64,000 nucleotides of DNA from Squalus acanthias. Taxonomy: Eukaryota. Position 1 is the stretch's first letter. Each line of letters opens with the position of its first letter. Positions 1 to 12,182 of the stretch are shown here, piece after piece. The stretch spans positions 65,536,001 to 65,600,000 of the forward strand of contig CM059438.1 in NCBI GenBank assembly GCA_030390025.1, read 5' to 3'. The notes under the pieces were generated by a model. The model had not been told where the DNA came from. It did no database searches and saw only the letters and a program-made list of their open reading frames with translations. The translations under genes and the position numbers were made by a program.

Positions 1-375
1 GGTCCCATGATGATTTGCCAAAATTAGAACTGAGCCAATCCCCTGTGGCAGAGTCAGTAACCCAATAAATAAGACAGACAGGTCCACAGTACTCCAGGGT
101 GACTCAGTGATGGGACTTGGATGGGTAAACCCATCATTGGAGATGGCCTTCATCCCATTCAGATCCAAATAACCCTCCAAGCCAGTGCACTAAGGGGTAG
201 ACTGTTCCTAGCTGGGCAATCAGAGGGTTAGGGTTAGGAAAGCTTACCAACGTCCCATGCTTGTAAGCTGCACAATTTTAACCAATTAAAGCCCAGCAGT
301 ATCTTTACTCCCACTTGATTTCCTTCTGTACTGTTAACCTCAATGGAGTCAATGATGGGCTTCTTCCGCTTTATT

Positions 376-1135
376 GGCCCAAAAATTCGGCCTAATACGG
401 GAGAGTACGCACTGTGTACTCACCCGTATTAGATCCCGAAGTGCTGGTTTCCTGCATGCACTGCGCATGCGCGGGAAACCGGCACTTCCGGTATGGCGAA
501 GGGGGCGGTTCCTAGGTGAACTGCGTGCGCACTACAGGCTGTGCGCACGCAGCACACTTAGGTTTTTTTTCAGGTTTCAACGCGAGGGTAAGTATTGAAT
601 CTTCTACACATGCAAAAAGGAGGCGTAAGACCCCTTTTGAACAAGGTAAGTAGTTAATTAAGTATAATTTTTAATTTTTTTCAACAGGTTTATCTTTTTT
701 AGAGACTTTAAAGAAAGGTAAGTTTATTTTTATAACTTAAAAAATTTAAAATTTTTAAAAAAATTTAATTTTGTTTAAAGTGGTTAATTTATTTAACTAT
801 AGTTATTTTATTAATGTAATGGGTTTATTTTTAAATTTATTTGAGGTTTAGCTGTTCTTTTGGGGTCTCTTTCAATTCACAGATTTGACATGTCTCCTGT
901 CAAATCTATGAATGAAAGATAGTCTGCTACCATTGGCTCTCCATGGCCCACGTGATCCCAGAGGTCGCATCGCACTAACTGCGCCCCTGGGACACGCACA
1001 CACTGCGCGCCGGCACTAGGGAGAGGCCCAGGACCCGAAGTTCCTGTGGGCCCAAAACACAACGGCCGGCGCGGAGTGTGATATCGTGCGCGATCCTTAC
1101 CCCCGCGGCAAGCCTCTGAGTCAAATTTCTGGGCC
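376..1135 (+). mobile_element. Non-autonomous DNA transposon (MITE family A, probably PIF/Harbinger-related), copy 1
   Basis: TIRs GGCCCAAAAATT ... AATTTCTGGGCC and 3-bp TSD ATT (373-375 / 1136-1138). GC-rich ends around an AT-rich core. Homologous to 25591-26332 and 55576-56338. Confidence 0.85.
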
Positions 1136-1344
1136 ATTGTAAAACTGTTGCTTCATCTGTTCTTATCATTATCTATGTGATTTCTCATCTACAGCAAAAG
1201 AATCAAGTCAAAATTCTTAGTTTGAGTAATTTCTTATCAACAGTAAAGGTTATAATAAATTTTAATGTGGAATAGGCTGGAGAACTGGAGTAAACCAGTA
1301 TAAACAATGTCCTTTTAATTCTGAGATCAGGGCTTGCATCTGGG

Positions 1345-1760
1345 AATGGGAAGACCTCTGAGTCAGTAGGTTGCAGGTTCAAGTCCCACGCCAGGGACTG
1401 GAGCACTAAAATTATGCTGACACTCCAGTGCAGTACTGAGGGAGTGCGTCTTTTGGATGAAACGTTAAACCGAGGCCTCGTCTGCCCTCTCAGGAGGATG
1501 TGAACAATTCCATAACACTATTTAAAGAAGAGCTAGGGAGCTCTCCCCGGTGTTGTGGCTAGCATGTATCCCTCAACCAACATCACTAGGACAAATTATC
1601 TGGTCATTTATCTCATTGCTGTTTGTGAGATTTTGCTGCTGTGTTTCCTACATTACAACAGTGACTACACTTCAAAAGTACTTCATTGGCTGTGAAACGC
1701 TTTGGGATGTCCTGAGGTCACAAAAGGCGCTATATAAATGCAAGTTCTTTTTTTCCTTTC
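1345..1760 (+). mobile_element. tRNA-head Deu-domain SINE (SacSINE1/DeuSINE-like)
   Basis: B-box GGTTCAAGTCCC, Deu core (CTGACACTCCAGTGCAGTACTGAGGGAG...GATGAAACGTTAAACCGAGG) and L2-like tail GGCGCTATATAAATGCAAG. Repeated several times in the window. Confidence 0.85.
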
Positions 1761-1834
1761 TCGTGCAGTCCCCCAGTCAAGTAAACCCCACTAAATACAA
1801 GTAAATACAAAATCACATGTAATATTTAAATGGC

Positions 1835-2353
1835 ATTTGGAGGTCTGTGCCACTTGCCTGGATGAGTGCAGCTCCAACAACACTCAAGAAACTCGACACC
1901 ATCCAGGACAAAGCAACCCGTTTGATTGGCACCCCATCCACCACCTTAAACATTCACTCCCTCCACCACCAGCGTACCGTGGCTGCAGTGTGTACCATCT
2001 ACAAGATGCACTGCAGCAACTCGCCAAGGCTTCTTCGGCAGCACCTCCCAAACCTGCGACCTCTTCCACCTAGAAGGACAAGGGCAGCAGGAACATGGGA
2101 ACACCACCACCTCCAAGTTCCCCTCCAAGTCACACACCATCCTGACTTGGAAGTATATCGCCGATCCTTCATCGTCGCTGGGTCAAAATCCTGGAACTCA
2201 TTACCTAACAGCACTGTGGGAGTACCTTCACCACACGGACTGCAGCGGTTCAAGAAGGCGGCTCACCACCACCTTCTCAAGGGCAACTATGGATGGGCAA
2301 TAAATGTTGGCCTTGCCAGTGACGCCCAGATCCCATAAGCGAATAAAAAAAAA
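1835..2353 (+). mobile_element. Non-LTR retrotransposon (CR1-group) 3' end fragment
   Basis: ORF 1847-2338 resembles an RT C-terminus (LDTIQDKATRLI...SWNSLP...FKKAAHHHL), followed by AATAAA and an A-tail. Related fragments at 57250-57460 and 61345-61490. Confidence 0.75.
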
Positions 2354-3659
2354 CCTTGCTGCTGTGAACCATCTCAGAAAAGGTTAACATGGGAGGAGTT
2401 TTTAAAAAGAGCATTTGCATGGTCAAGTACCTTCAAAAGCTTTCTATATTTTAAAATAATGTTGTAAATTTAGCTCTCTGGTGCAATTCATTATGATCAA
2501 TATCAGTTAAAAAATGAGCATCTACTGCACAACTTGACAATGACATAAGAAATTACACTTTCTGTCACTTACGTGCAAGAGTTGCCAGAGTATTGCTAAG
2601 GCACAGGGGCGCTCAGGTTGATAGGGCGTTCCAGGAAATCTTTCTACTTGTTTCGGCTGTTTGTTGTCGGGCACTGGCACTTCTGATTGGTAAGGATTAT
2701 TGAGAGGATGGGTAAAACATGAGCAAGAAATGAGTAATGATCTTTTCACTGAGAATGTGAAGAGAGAGGAAGCTTACAAGGATTTCTTTTCCTTGCCTCA
2801 AAAGTGGTTCTTGTTCCATTTAAAATGTCCACATCTGTCATTTTATTTTTTAAATTGTAGTGCAGCATAAATTACATTTTGATCTCTTGAAAGAGCAATC
2901 TATGGCCGACAATGGTTTCTGAGTTTGAGATTTCCATTGCAGAGCAAATGACCAAAGATGAGATAAAATGTGACCGTGACCGGATCTCTGTGATCGAGGT
3001 TATGTGTTTGAGAATTTCAGTTGCAGGCAGTTCGCTAAAGCTTGCACATAAATAACACACTTCAACAAACTTCCGCAAAATATCTTTACCGTTGGACTCT
3101 CGTGTGCGCCAGTATCTGAGTTGTATGAAGCCAACGCCAGCTCTGTGCTTATGGTTTAAGGTTGCTCTGAGGTTTTACCAGAAATAATCTTTTCTGGAAC
3201 CATGCTCTCTTCACACCAGGCCTCAGGCCTTCAGAAGTACTTAGCAGCTGCTGTCATTTAGTAAAAAATCAGCGTGGAGGAGTTTTCTCTTGCTTAACTC
3301 AAAATTTGACAAATTGGACATTTTTCCCACCAGGGTGCCTAGATTAACAGGCCTTAAATAGTGTGAGAAAAGTCTGAACAAATCCAGCAATTACCCAGAT
3401 TTGCATTTATATGTAAATTATGCAAATTTAGTTCCATTTAAAGGTTGGACAGATTTAAAAACACAAGTCAGTACCAAAGTATACTGCTAATTTTTTCACC
3501 AATCAGTTCGGCTGTTGCAAATGCTGTTTGAACAGTCGCCGACTGTTTCTTTTGTCTATTACCAGGTTAGCTTTTTTTTTCGACAGTTCTTATTGAATTT
3601 CATTCATTTCACTCCAACCCTCACATGGTTCTAATACATCACTGTTAGGAACTAACTGC

Positions 3660-3965
3660 AGGGGTCCTGGTAATGGCTCCGGTGGTAAACGTGCTACTTC
3701 GTGTAAATCTCATTCGCTACAGATTGGGAAGGTCACAGGTTCGATTCCTGGCCTGTGCTGAATGAATTGTTCTTGGCAAGCGTTCCAGTAGGGGCTTTAC
3801 AGTTGGACTTGTGACCCAGGGCTGGGGGAAAGAGGAGGGAAATCAGCCAGGTTTCCTGTTGGCAGTGAAAGTTGGGTGAGCAGAGGATTGGGCTGATCTG
3901 CAGTCAAATTGACACTCATTCTATTAGTTCACACAGTACCATGGAACAAGACCCTTACATGAATC
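3660..3965 (+). mobile_element. tRNA-derived SINE (second family), decayed
   Basis: A-box-like TGGCTCCGGTGG and B-box GGTTCGATTCC. Body (AAATCAGCCAGGTTTCC) is shared in reverse with 62870-63100. Confidence 0.6.
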
Positions 3966-4149
3966 CATGGCTTCATAAGAAGAGGAAAGAAATAAAATAA
4001 AATAGGACTTGATCAAACGCGCAGCCGTGCATTTTGCCACTGAGAGCTAATTCACTGGGGCACCTGGAATAAACACAGTCTCCACCCACTTCAGCAAACT
4101 ATATTAAATAAATGTGAATAATTACTCAACTGTGTGTCCAGTGTGAGGC

Positions 4150-4555
4150 AGAACTTGCATTTATATAGTGCCATGTTGTTCACAGGATGTCTCCAAGTGC
4201 TTCACAGTTAATGAATGACGTTTAAAGTGAAGACACGGTTGCTAGGCAGAAAGTATGGCAGCCAGTTGCTTATAGTAAGGTCCAATAAATAGCAATTAAT
4301 CAATCAGTTGAATTTTTTAGGTGGTGTTGGTTGAGGGAGGAATGTTGGCCAAGACGCGAGAAGACTTCCCCGCTCTAATCTGAATAGCACCTGAATAGGT
4401 TTAACATCTCATCCAAGAAATTGGCACCTCCAACAATGTTAGCACTTCGTCAGCATTGTACTAAAGTGCCCGATTTAGATTATGTGCTCAAGTCCAGGAG
4501 GGGGACGTGAACCCATTTGACTCAGAAGCGAGAGTCGTTGCAACTGGGCCAAGTT
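4150..4555 (-). mobile_element. Deu-domain SINE, decayed
   Basis: Reverse complement of the tail (ACTTGCATTTATATAG) and of the core and head (TAGATTATGTGCTCAAGTCC...GACTCAGAAG). Confidence 0.7.
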
Positions 4556-5120
4556 AATTTGATGTATCTGCCAACAAGTAGAAAAGTTTCAAATGTGCCC
4601 ACAAACAGAATTGATTTAACCGTAAATTAATGTTAATTGGAGTATAATTTAGTCAAATCTTCGTACGGTTCACTGCTCCCAACCGCCCAATAATTCTGCA
4701 GGGAAATGCTTCACATGTTGCACTGAGCCACAGAAACTAAGGTGGCCGTGGTTTGTTGAAATCTTAAAATTCCAATCACCAAACTGTGCTATCCTTCTCT
4801 AGCTCAGAAATGCAAATAGACCATCCAGGCTATTTTGTGGCCTTGATCTGGGGGAACAGCCCCCACAAATATCAGGACCTGCATGTTTTGAAGCTCTGGA
4901 GTCTTTTCTACTGAAGCACCAGGAATGCAGCCACTTGACAGATCTGGGAAAATAACTATTCCAAATGTACAATTCCCAGGGAAACCAGGTCTGGCAGATG
5001 ATCCAGCCAGCAATCGAGAAATTTTAAGAGAGTATGAAACATTCATAAGATTGTCTCCCATCTCATCAAGCAGTTAAAAGATGTCCGAACTGCCACTCTA
5101 ATTACCTGTATGGACAGAGA

Positions 5121-5831
5121 TGGGGGAGTTTTATCCCCCAAAATGGGCAGGTTTGGGTCGGGTGGGAGGTTAAAGTGTTAAAAATCTGAATCCCGACTCC
5201 AAGCGCCTACTTCCGGTTTTAACGGAGGCGGGATGGGGGAAGTGGCAACCAACCCGCTCCCAGGAGGTGGGTTGGTAATTTAAATATTATGATGAGGCTG
5301 CATGCCTCATAATTAACCACCATTTTAAATTTAACCCTGGTCGACTGGGTTTCCCGGGCCTTGGGAAACTCGGCAGCTGAAGGGAGGCCAGGACTGCTGG
5401 ATGTAGGAGGTAAGTGCCTTTCCACTTACCTGCTGGATCCAGCGTAGCTGCTTCACCAACCCTCACAATCGGACCCCAACACCCCCCGAGGCCTCCAATT
5501 TTCCCCCGAGGCCCCCGATCTTCGACCACCCTCCCCCGCCCCCCCCCCCCCCACCCCACCCCACCGGCCTCCGAATCCTCCCTCTCTCCTCTCCGCTCCT
5601 CGGCTGCGGCCTGGTGCCGAAGGCCAACCCGCCCAACAGCCAGCCAGCCTCTCAATCTAACTGGCTGCGGCCGGGAAATGGAGAAATAAAATGTTAATGA
5701 AGTCCTGCCGTTGAATTCAGCAGGGCCTGAGGGAAACCCGTTCTTCCGGTTTTCCCGACCTCAATCTAGCTCCCCCCTGCCACCGCCTCCCCCGCCCACT
5801 CCCTCCCTGCCTCCGAGTAAAAATCCAGCCC
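5121..5831 (+). mobile_element. Non-autonomous DNA transposon (MITE, GGGCTGGATTTT-type TIR)
   Basis: Right end AAAATCCAGCCC, degenerate left end, TSD AGA. Removing it restores the gag-like reading. A reversed fragment lies at ~42810-43170. Confidence 0.7.
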
Positions 5832-6003
5832 AGAGTCTCTGAAAGTCATTGGCCTTCAGTTTGAAACAGATGCAAACAGCACTGATAGAGAGGTTGCTCA
5901 TAGCAAGAAAGAACACTTTATTTTGTTGAAAGTACAAAGGAAAACTTTAAGAAAATTTGGAGCATTCCTGAAACAGACTGTAAATACTGTGGAAAGTGTT
6001 ACA

Positions 6004-7014
6004 TTAGAAAGAAAGATACCTGTCCTGTTTGTGGTCAAAGTGTAATACATTTGGTGGCAAATAAATGGTGAAAATATTTCCCGAAACCAACTCGGATTCA
6101 TGCGGATGGGCTCTACAATTATCAAGCAATAAAATGCATTTGCTATCTTCAGGTTTCCCTATTTTACGGAAATGTTCCCTCACAGATGGAACAAAAATAT
6201 GATGGAACCAATCGGAGAAGATTTCCTTATCCATCCAAGCATTTTTTTGAGCTTTGTACTCAACAGGTAAGTGCCTCACATTTTTAAATGCACGGGGATT
6301 TTTATACTTCCTAATAACAAGAAGTTTAACCCGGTGTGATCCAGCAGCGTTCGCATATGTTAGCACGGTTACACGATCTTTATTTTTCTTGTAACCTGAA
6401 GCATTAGCCTCACTAGCCCCAGCAAGCATTGATTCTGGCAAAAACCTCCAAAACAAGCCAGTTTCATCGGCATTATATATCTGTGCTGGCGACAAATCAT
6501 GTTGCTGCACAATCCGATTGAAATAATCGCAGTATTCTTCTGCAGCGTCGTGATCAGCTGATTTCTTCTCCCCGGAAATATCGAGTCGTCGTATCCCGTG
6601 CCGTAACTTGAAGCACGTTAGCCATCCCTCGGAGAAAGCACACTTGTCAGTGAGCTCCATCCTTTCGTAGAAATCCTTCGCTTTCTCGATTAGCATGGGT
6701 CCGGAAATTGGAACACCCTCTGAACGCTTAAGAGAAAACCATTCATAAAGCACGGTATCCAGCTCTTCAAGCTTAGGCTTACGAAGCGTACGCCGTTTCT
6801 CTACACTCTTACATGTCTCCGAGCTTGAATAAAACTTGAGCAGCTTATCCTTCTGCGATTTGATGTCGTAGATTGTTGACAAACCGATTTTGAATTCATT
6901 CATAATGTTGATACGCTTCTCTCCCCTTTCTAGTCGTTGGCATATCTCGATTTTCTGTTTTAAAGTTAAGACCACTCTCTTCCTTTTGCTGAGACCAGCT
7001 TTTGGGAATTCCAT
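6004..7014 (-). pseudogene. Tigger/pogo-family transposase (TIGD/Jerky-like), C-terminally truncated
   Basis: HTH-psq ([15 protein letters not shown]), CENP-B-type HTH (LYEWFSLKR...GPMLIEKA...FSEGWL), DDE motifs YNADETG and LLLDN. Homology breaks after LPPN, before the third catalytic Asp. Confidence 0.88.
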
Positions 7015-7048
7015 AATGCAAGATGGAGGAGATAATTCCCGATAAGAT

Positions 7049-7250
7049 GGAGAGACACACAGAACAATGGTGGCTAGGAAGAGACTACCAGCAGCGTGGG
7101 AGACACACAGTAAAATGGTGGATCAGAAGAGACTACCAGCAGCGTGGGAGACACACAGTAAAATGGTGGATCAGAAGAGACTACCAGCAGCGCGGGAGAC
7201 ACACAGTAAAATGGCCGATTAGAAAAGACTCCCGGCAGCGCGGGAGAATC
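7049..7250 (+). repeat. 48-bp tandem repeat (~4 units) in the Tigger 5' leader
   Basis: Unit GGGAGACACACAGTAAAATGGTGGATCAGAAGAGACTACCAGCAGCGT, seen as 16-aa repeats in ORF 7023-7304. Confidence 0.9.
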
Positions 7251-9539
7251 AGACTCCTGTTATTTCAGTGTTCAGACTTCCGACAGCGCCAGGAAGCCGA
7301 GTAGTGGCATTTTGGAGAACTACCCCCACTGACTAACTCGGCGTTCGCGGGAGACTTGGACTCGGACTCGGCAACATTGACGGTTATTTGAGAGGAGTTT
7401 TCGGCGTATGATTTTTGCCGGTTAATAGAGAATTCCGGATATTTAGGTGCCGGTTAAACGAGAGTTTCCTGTACATGTAGTGAACTGAACTATTTCTCAG
7501 CCAAGTGTCCAAAGTCCAGAAATTGGAAAATTGCCAAACAGCACTCACATATTGTAGATTAAATGATTTGTGACTCAGATTATGATTACATTCTCACACT
7601 TGAAGTTATTATTTCTGCAGAAAACCAATGTGCCAGCATACTGAAAACCAGAAGCAAGTCAAATTGTGGTGTGACTGTCAATGTTCTATTTGAGATTTAA
7701 GAACTGCGAGCTTCAAATGTTTTAACACTTTACTGCTACTGTTCAATGAAACAGAATTTAAATAATTGAGGAAAATAAGAGTCAGTGTTAAAAATCCCAA
7801 GAACAAGTAAAGCATTGAGTATCAGATCATAACAAGTGGATGCTGACTTGTTCTAATGCTAGAATCCTTCAACCTATGCAACTCTTAACAGTGAATCACG
7901 AGAACTTTGTAATGATGGAAACGTAATTGAAGCTCATAAAACAAGAGCGTAGTGGTCAAGTACCTGGGTGCCTTCAAAGGTTAAGAGAAGTTAGAAGGCA
8001 TTCAAATTGACCCCAAGGTCACATCTAAATAGTATTCAGCCACAAAACTACCTCGCCTAAAATAATTTGTCAAGAAAAGGTTAATAAGCTTGATATGAAA
8101 GTTCTTACACTAGTCAGTTTCCTGACTGAATGGGTCTTTTGATGGTGGTATGAAAGCTAATAAGTTATGTCTGTGCATCAATCCAAAGCTACTTAATAAA
8201 GCCCTCAAACATAGTCATAACCCAATTCAAATCCTACATGATGTCCTCCCTGAAGTAGCATAAGTGAAGCTTTTCACAGATATTGATGCAAAGCTTGCTT
8301 TTTGGTATATTATATTGGATGATCAATCAAGTCTGCTGACTACTTTTTCAACCCCATTTGGAAGATACAAATGGTTGAGCTTGTGCTGTGGAATATCTCC
8401 TGATCCTGAGGTGTTTCAAAGAAGACTTCATGAAGCACACACAAAATCAGACTGAACATGGAATGGGTTTAGGAGAAACAAGAGACAACTGTGGAACACG
8501 GAACCATTGTTTGTGAAGACACCTGGCAGTCCAGGTCCATGCTCCATAAAAACAAGTGGAGCCACTCAGCCAGTCCACAATAAACAAACCACAGCCACAA
8601 CAGAACAAAAGAAAATGGCCAGACACCAATAAAACAGTGAGCCAACACTGTAAACTGGAACCTCTGATGGGAAAAGCTCCCTTCAACACAACAAATTACC
8701 CCAGCAACAAAAGGTAGTACAATAGTGTGAACACCATGTAACAACAAGTCTATCTGACTTAGTTTAAGCTGTTCCTACGAGAACTGTTGGACTTCATCAT
8801 TGATATAGATTTTATTGTGTTGTTGAAGTGTTCTCACGTAAAAGTTACATTTCTTTTGTACATTGAGATGTATTGATATTGGTGCAACTTTGTCTCCATT
8901 GTCACGTAACTGACAATTGGATGATTGATAGTTACAAGTACTCAAGTTGAAATGACTGATTTAGTAACCAGCACGTGTTTTGAAGCTCTGAAGTCTGTTT
9001 TTTGCCTTCACTCGGTAAATCACTTTGAGACACTTTTGTGTATGTGGGGTGTGGTGTAGTAATATAAATTGTGGTTGGATTTTTCTTTTAACACCCCTTG
9101 CAGAAGGGAATATTTCAGAATACTTCTGGGTTGTGGGCAGTTTGGAATGAGGAGTTGTTCCTGACTTTCTTTGCATTGGACGACTTGATTCTTTGCAAAA
9201 CATCAAATACCAGTGACACTAATACCTTTTGGTATCACCAAAATGGAACAGATCAAAAAATAAACATGAATTTTTATGTTGTTTCTAGGGTGATGGATAT
9301 CTAGGTAATATTGTATTTTCTTTTTAAGACAACAGATATTGGGGTACATACCTTTTCTTCCTGCACCCCACGGTTCTATTCTCAAATTGCCACAATCTCC
9401 AATACGGCAGTCGGTGTAAAGCAAAGTCAGACACATGGTGGATAAACAGGCTGAAGCTTAAGAAACACGGTGAGCCTTTGTGATGTTCAAGGAATACATG
9501 TATGCCAATTTGTATTTACATAGGTTTGCTTCTGCTGAT

Positions 9540-10215
9540 CATTATATTATTATCTTAGGCAGTCCCTCGGAACCGAGGATGACTTGCTTCCACATTAAAA
9601 ATGAGTTCTCCGGTGACTGATGAGTCCAATGCGGGACCTACAGTCTCTGTCACAGGTGGGGCAGACGGTGGTTGAAGGGGCGAGTGGCTGGGGTGCTTGG
9701 GTTGACGTGTGCTCCTTGCGTTGCTTGCGCTTGGCTTCCGCTTGCTCCCGGCGAAGAGACTTGAGGTGTTCGGCGCCTTCCCGGATGCTTCTCCTCCACT
9801 TTGTGTGGTCTTGGGCCAGGGATTCCCAGGTGTCAGTGGGGATGTTGCACTTTTTCAAGGAGGCTTTGAGGGTGTCCTTGAAGCGTTTCCTCTGCCCACC
9901 TGGGGCTCTCTTGCCATGTCAGAGCTCTGAGTAGAGCGCTTGTTTTGGGAGTCTCGTATCGGGCATGCGGACGATGTGACCCATCTATCGGAGCTGATCG
10001 AGCATGGTCAAAGCTTCGATGCTGGGGATGTTGGCCTGAGCGAGAAACCTGACGTTGGTGCGCCTATCCTGCCAATGGATTTGCAGGATCTTGCGGAGGC
10101 AGCAATGGTGGCACCTCTCCAGTGCTTTGAGGTGCCTGCTGTACATGGTCCATGTCTCTAAGGCATACAGCAGGGCGGGTATCACTACTGCTCTGTAGAC
10201 CATGAGCTTGGTGAC
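9540..10215 (-). mobile_element. RTE-clade (BovB-like) LINE 3' fragment
   Basis: ORFs TKLMVYRAVVIPALLYALETWT...CLRKILQIHWQD and CPTCDRDCRSRIGLISHRRTH, with a short AT-rich repeat tail at ~9540-9553. Confidence 0.88.
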
Positions 10216-10243
10216 TGTCATCCTCCAATGGTTAAGAGATACT

Positions 10244-10410
10244 GGGGTAGATCTTGACTTTGTGCGATAGTGTAAAATGGATGCTGGCGAAACCGCAGCC
10301 CATTTTACATCTCTCCCAATTTCATTGAAGTCAATGGAAATATAAATTAGGAGGACTGCCGATTCACTAGCACCCGTTTTACACTATCACGCAAAGTCAA
10401 GATCTAGCCC
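10244..10410. mobile_element. 167-bp hairpin MITE
   Basis: Long TIRs GGGGTAGATCTTGACTTTGTGCGATAGTGTAAAA / TTTTACACTATCACGCAAAGTCAAGATCTAGCCC and TSD ACT on both sides. Confidence 0.88.
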
Positions 10411-10849
10411 ACTTTTTTTTTGCACCCTCCTCACAAATTCAATCCATCACATTAACTGCCAACACTGAACAGGCAGACAATTCTGTTTTTTGTTTCGCTT
10501 TTGCTTGTAATTTTTATACTCAAGTGACATTTACAACAGCACGAGACAGCTGCAGTGCACAGCTCTTGACCAGGAGTGTAGCCTTGATTGACATTTGCAG
10601 TAGTTCTTCACTGAAGGGAACAATTTTGACAGTCATGAATGGGGTAATTTGCAAGAGAATGGAAAACTTGTTGGGAATTTCTTTTTTGGTTGGCCAGGTA
10701 TCTGACAGGGACAGAAACCCATCACCTTCCATAGTTGTCTCCAACCAAACTAATAAATCCACACAGGTAGAGTTTTTGTTTGTCTGATGTAGAGTATACA
10801 CAGGGACATATCCCACTTATAAAATTCCAGAGAGCTTACATTTAGATTT

Positions 10850-11578
10850 GGGAAAAATTGGGTTGATTTGCGCGTCTCGTTAGCGCCCCCAGGGGGCGCA
10901 AATGGGGTGCAAATCCCCTAGCGCCCGGGTGCGGCGCCACTGACGCCTCCCATTAAATTCAGCGGGAGGTTAGTGGCGGCAGTGGCCAGTAGCGCCCCGT
11001 GGCGCTGTGCCTCCGCTGATGACGTCATCGCCGTATGCAGCGCCCCGCTCGGTTCCCGGCCGCAAACTTCGCTTGCGCCCCCTGACCTATCACCGGGCGA
11101 TATGTCCGACAGGGTCAGGTGGCCGTTTTTGCAGCGGCGGCGGTGCTACTTAAAGGGCAGGTGTCGGGCAGCCATTTTTATTTGGCCGACTGCCAGCACT
11201 TGCCCGCTTCCCCTTTTTTTCTCAGGGTGCCGGCCGCGATCACTCAGCCCGGCACACCTCTTGCGTGCCGGGCTGTTTTCCCGGCACCCCGCTCCCCGGT
11301 GGTCTCGCAAGGCCCCAGTGCGTACAATGCTAGGCCCCTCACCTTTAATCAGGAGAGGGAGGCCTGCAAAGAAGCGGCGCTACGTGCTGACATGCGTGGC
11401 GCTGTTGCACATAGCGCTACGATCTTCAGTTGTAGCGCGCCAAGAAGGAGTTGGAGCGCTTCCAGCAGCTTGGGGCGTTACAACTGAATTTCCGGCGGAG
11501 GGGTGCTAACTTTTTTGGGGCGCTAAAATTAGTACGATGTCAGTGCCCCAAAAGGGGCGACACTCATATTTCCCCCCC
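10850..11578. mobile_element. Non-autonomous Harbinger-type element (TAGCGCC subterminal repeats)
   Basis: Ends GGGAAAAATT / ATTTCCCCCCC, multiple TAGCGCC/GGCGCTA motifs, CpG-rich. Similar in reverse to 44401-44446 plus 48719-49445. Confidence 0.75.
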
Positions 11579-12182
11579 AAAGTTTAAAGACCCCCAAAGA
11601 TTTGTAGGGATACACCAAGAGTTGAACCAACTAAAACCAAGCCTCTCACCAGCACCGTGCACAAGTAAGCTTTCACTTGTTTATTCAGCCTAACTCTTGG
11701 GGCATTAGCTTATGTGGAGCCGAGTGGGAAGAATCCCAGACCCCAGACCCTAGCAACAGTTCTACCCTTCCAGGTCTTGTTGTTGAACTGGTAGTCAATC
11801 ATCAGTAGTGTATAAGTGCCCTCAAGTACTGCCAACCTACCTGTGTCAGATGTTATCAAGTCTACCACAGAGAGCTGACTCAGTCCCAATCTTTATTCAC
11901 CAAGCATGTTATCTTGGATCAACTTGGCTCCAAAGACACCCCACATACCTCTCCGAACAAGATAGTTATGACCTTCCCGGGAAAAGGTGGAACATTTCTT
12001 AAAATAGCCTCTGGCTGCTCAATCAAAGTGTGCCATTGGTAATGTTCTTCGTGGACTTCAGAAACAGTAAGAGAGCATGGACATGTGTGGGCAGATGGGA
12101 AAGAAATCAATCTTTTATAGTTCTTACCTAGCATTAGAACCCGACCAATCAAATTTAGTTCAAAATAAGTGAAATGTGAACA

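Larger units (their letters stand above)
6004..7471 (-). mobile_element. pogo/Tigger (Tc1/mariner superfamily) DNA transposon, 3'-truncated
   Basis: Terminal CAGGAAACTCTCGTTTAACCGGCACC (minus strand) ends at 7471 next to TA. Contains the transposase ORF. No second TIR seen. Confidence 0.85.
4870..9000 (+). mobile_element. Decayed Gypsy-type LTR retrotransposon (gag and RT remnants) interrupted by a MITE and a Tigger element
   Basis: Gag-like KQLKDVRTATLITCMDRE/SLKVIG reads across the MITE at 5121-5831. RT motif DAKLAFWYIILDDQSSLLTTFSTPFGRY...PEVFQRRLH at 8264-8455. A short LTR-like match TGTTTTGAAGCTCTG occurs at ~4885 and ~8976. Confidence 0.6.

Noticed and set aside
928..956. ATTGG...CCACG resembling an ER stress element
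   Set aside because: Spacing and orientation do not fit ERSE (CCAAT-N9-CCACG) or ERSE-II (ATTGG-N-CCACG).
2573..2682. Possible minus-strand exon (CAG acceptor, GTAAGT donor, one open frame)
   Set aside because: Peptide VPVPDNKQPKQVERFPG... not recognised and no partner exons found; unsupported without RNA data.
10545..10701. Possible minus-strand terminal exon after TTTCTGTCCCTGTCAG
   Set aside because: No recognisable protein similarity in any frame.
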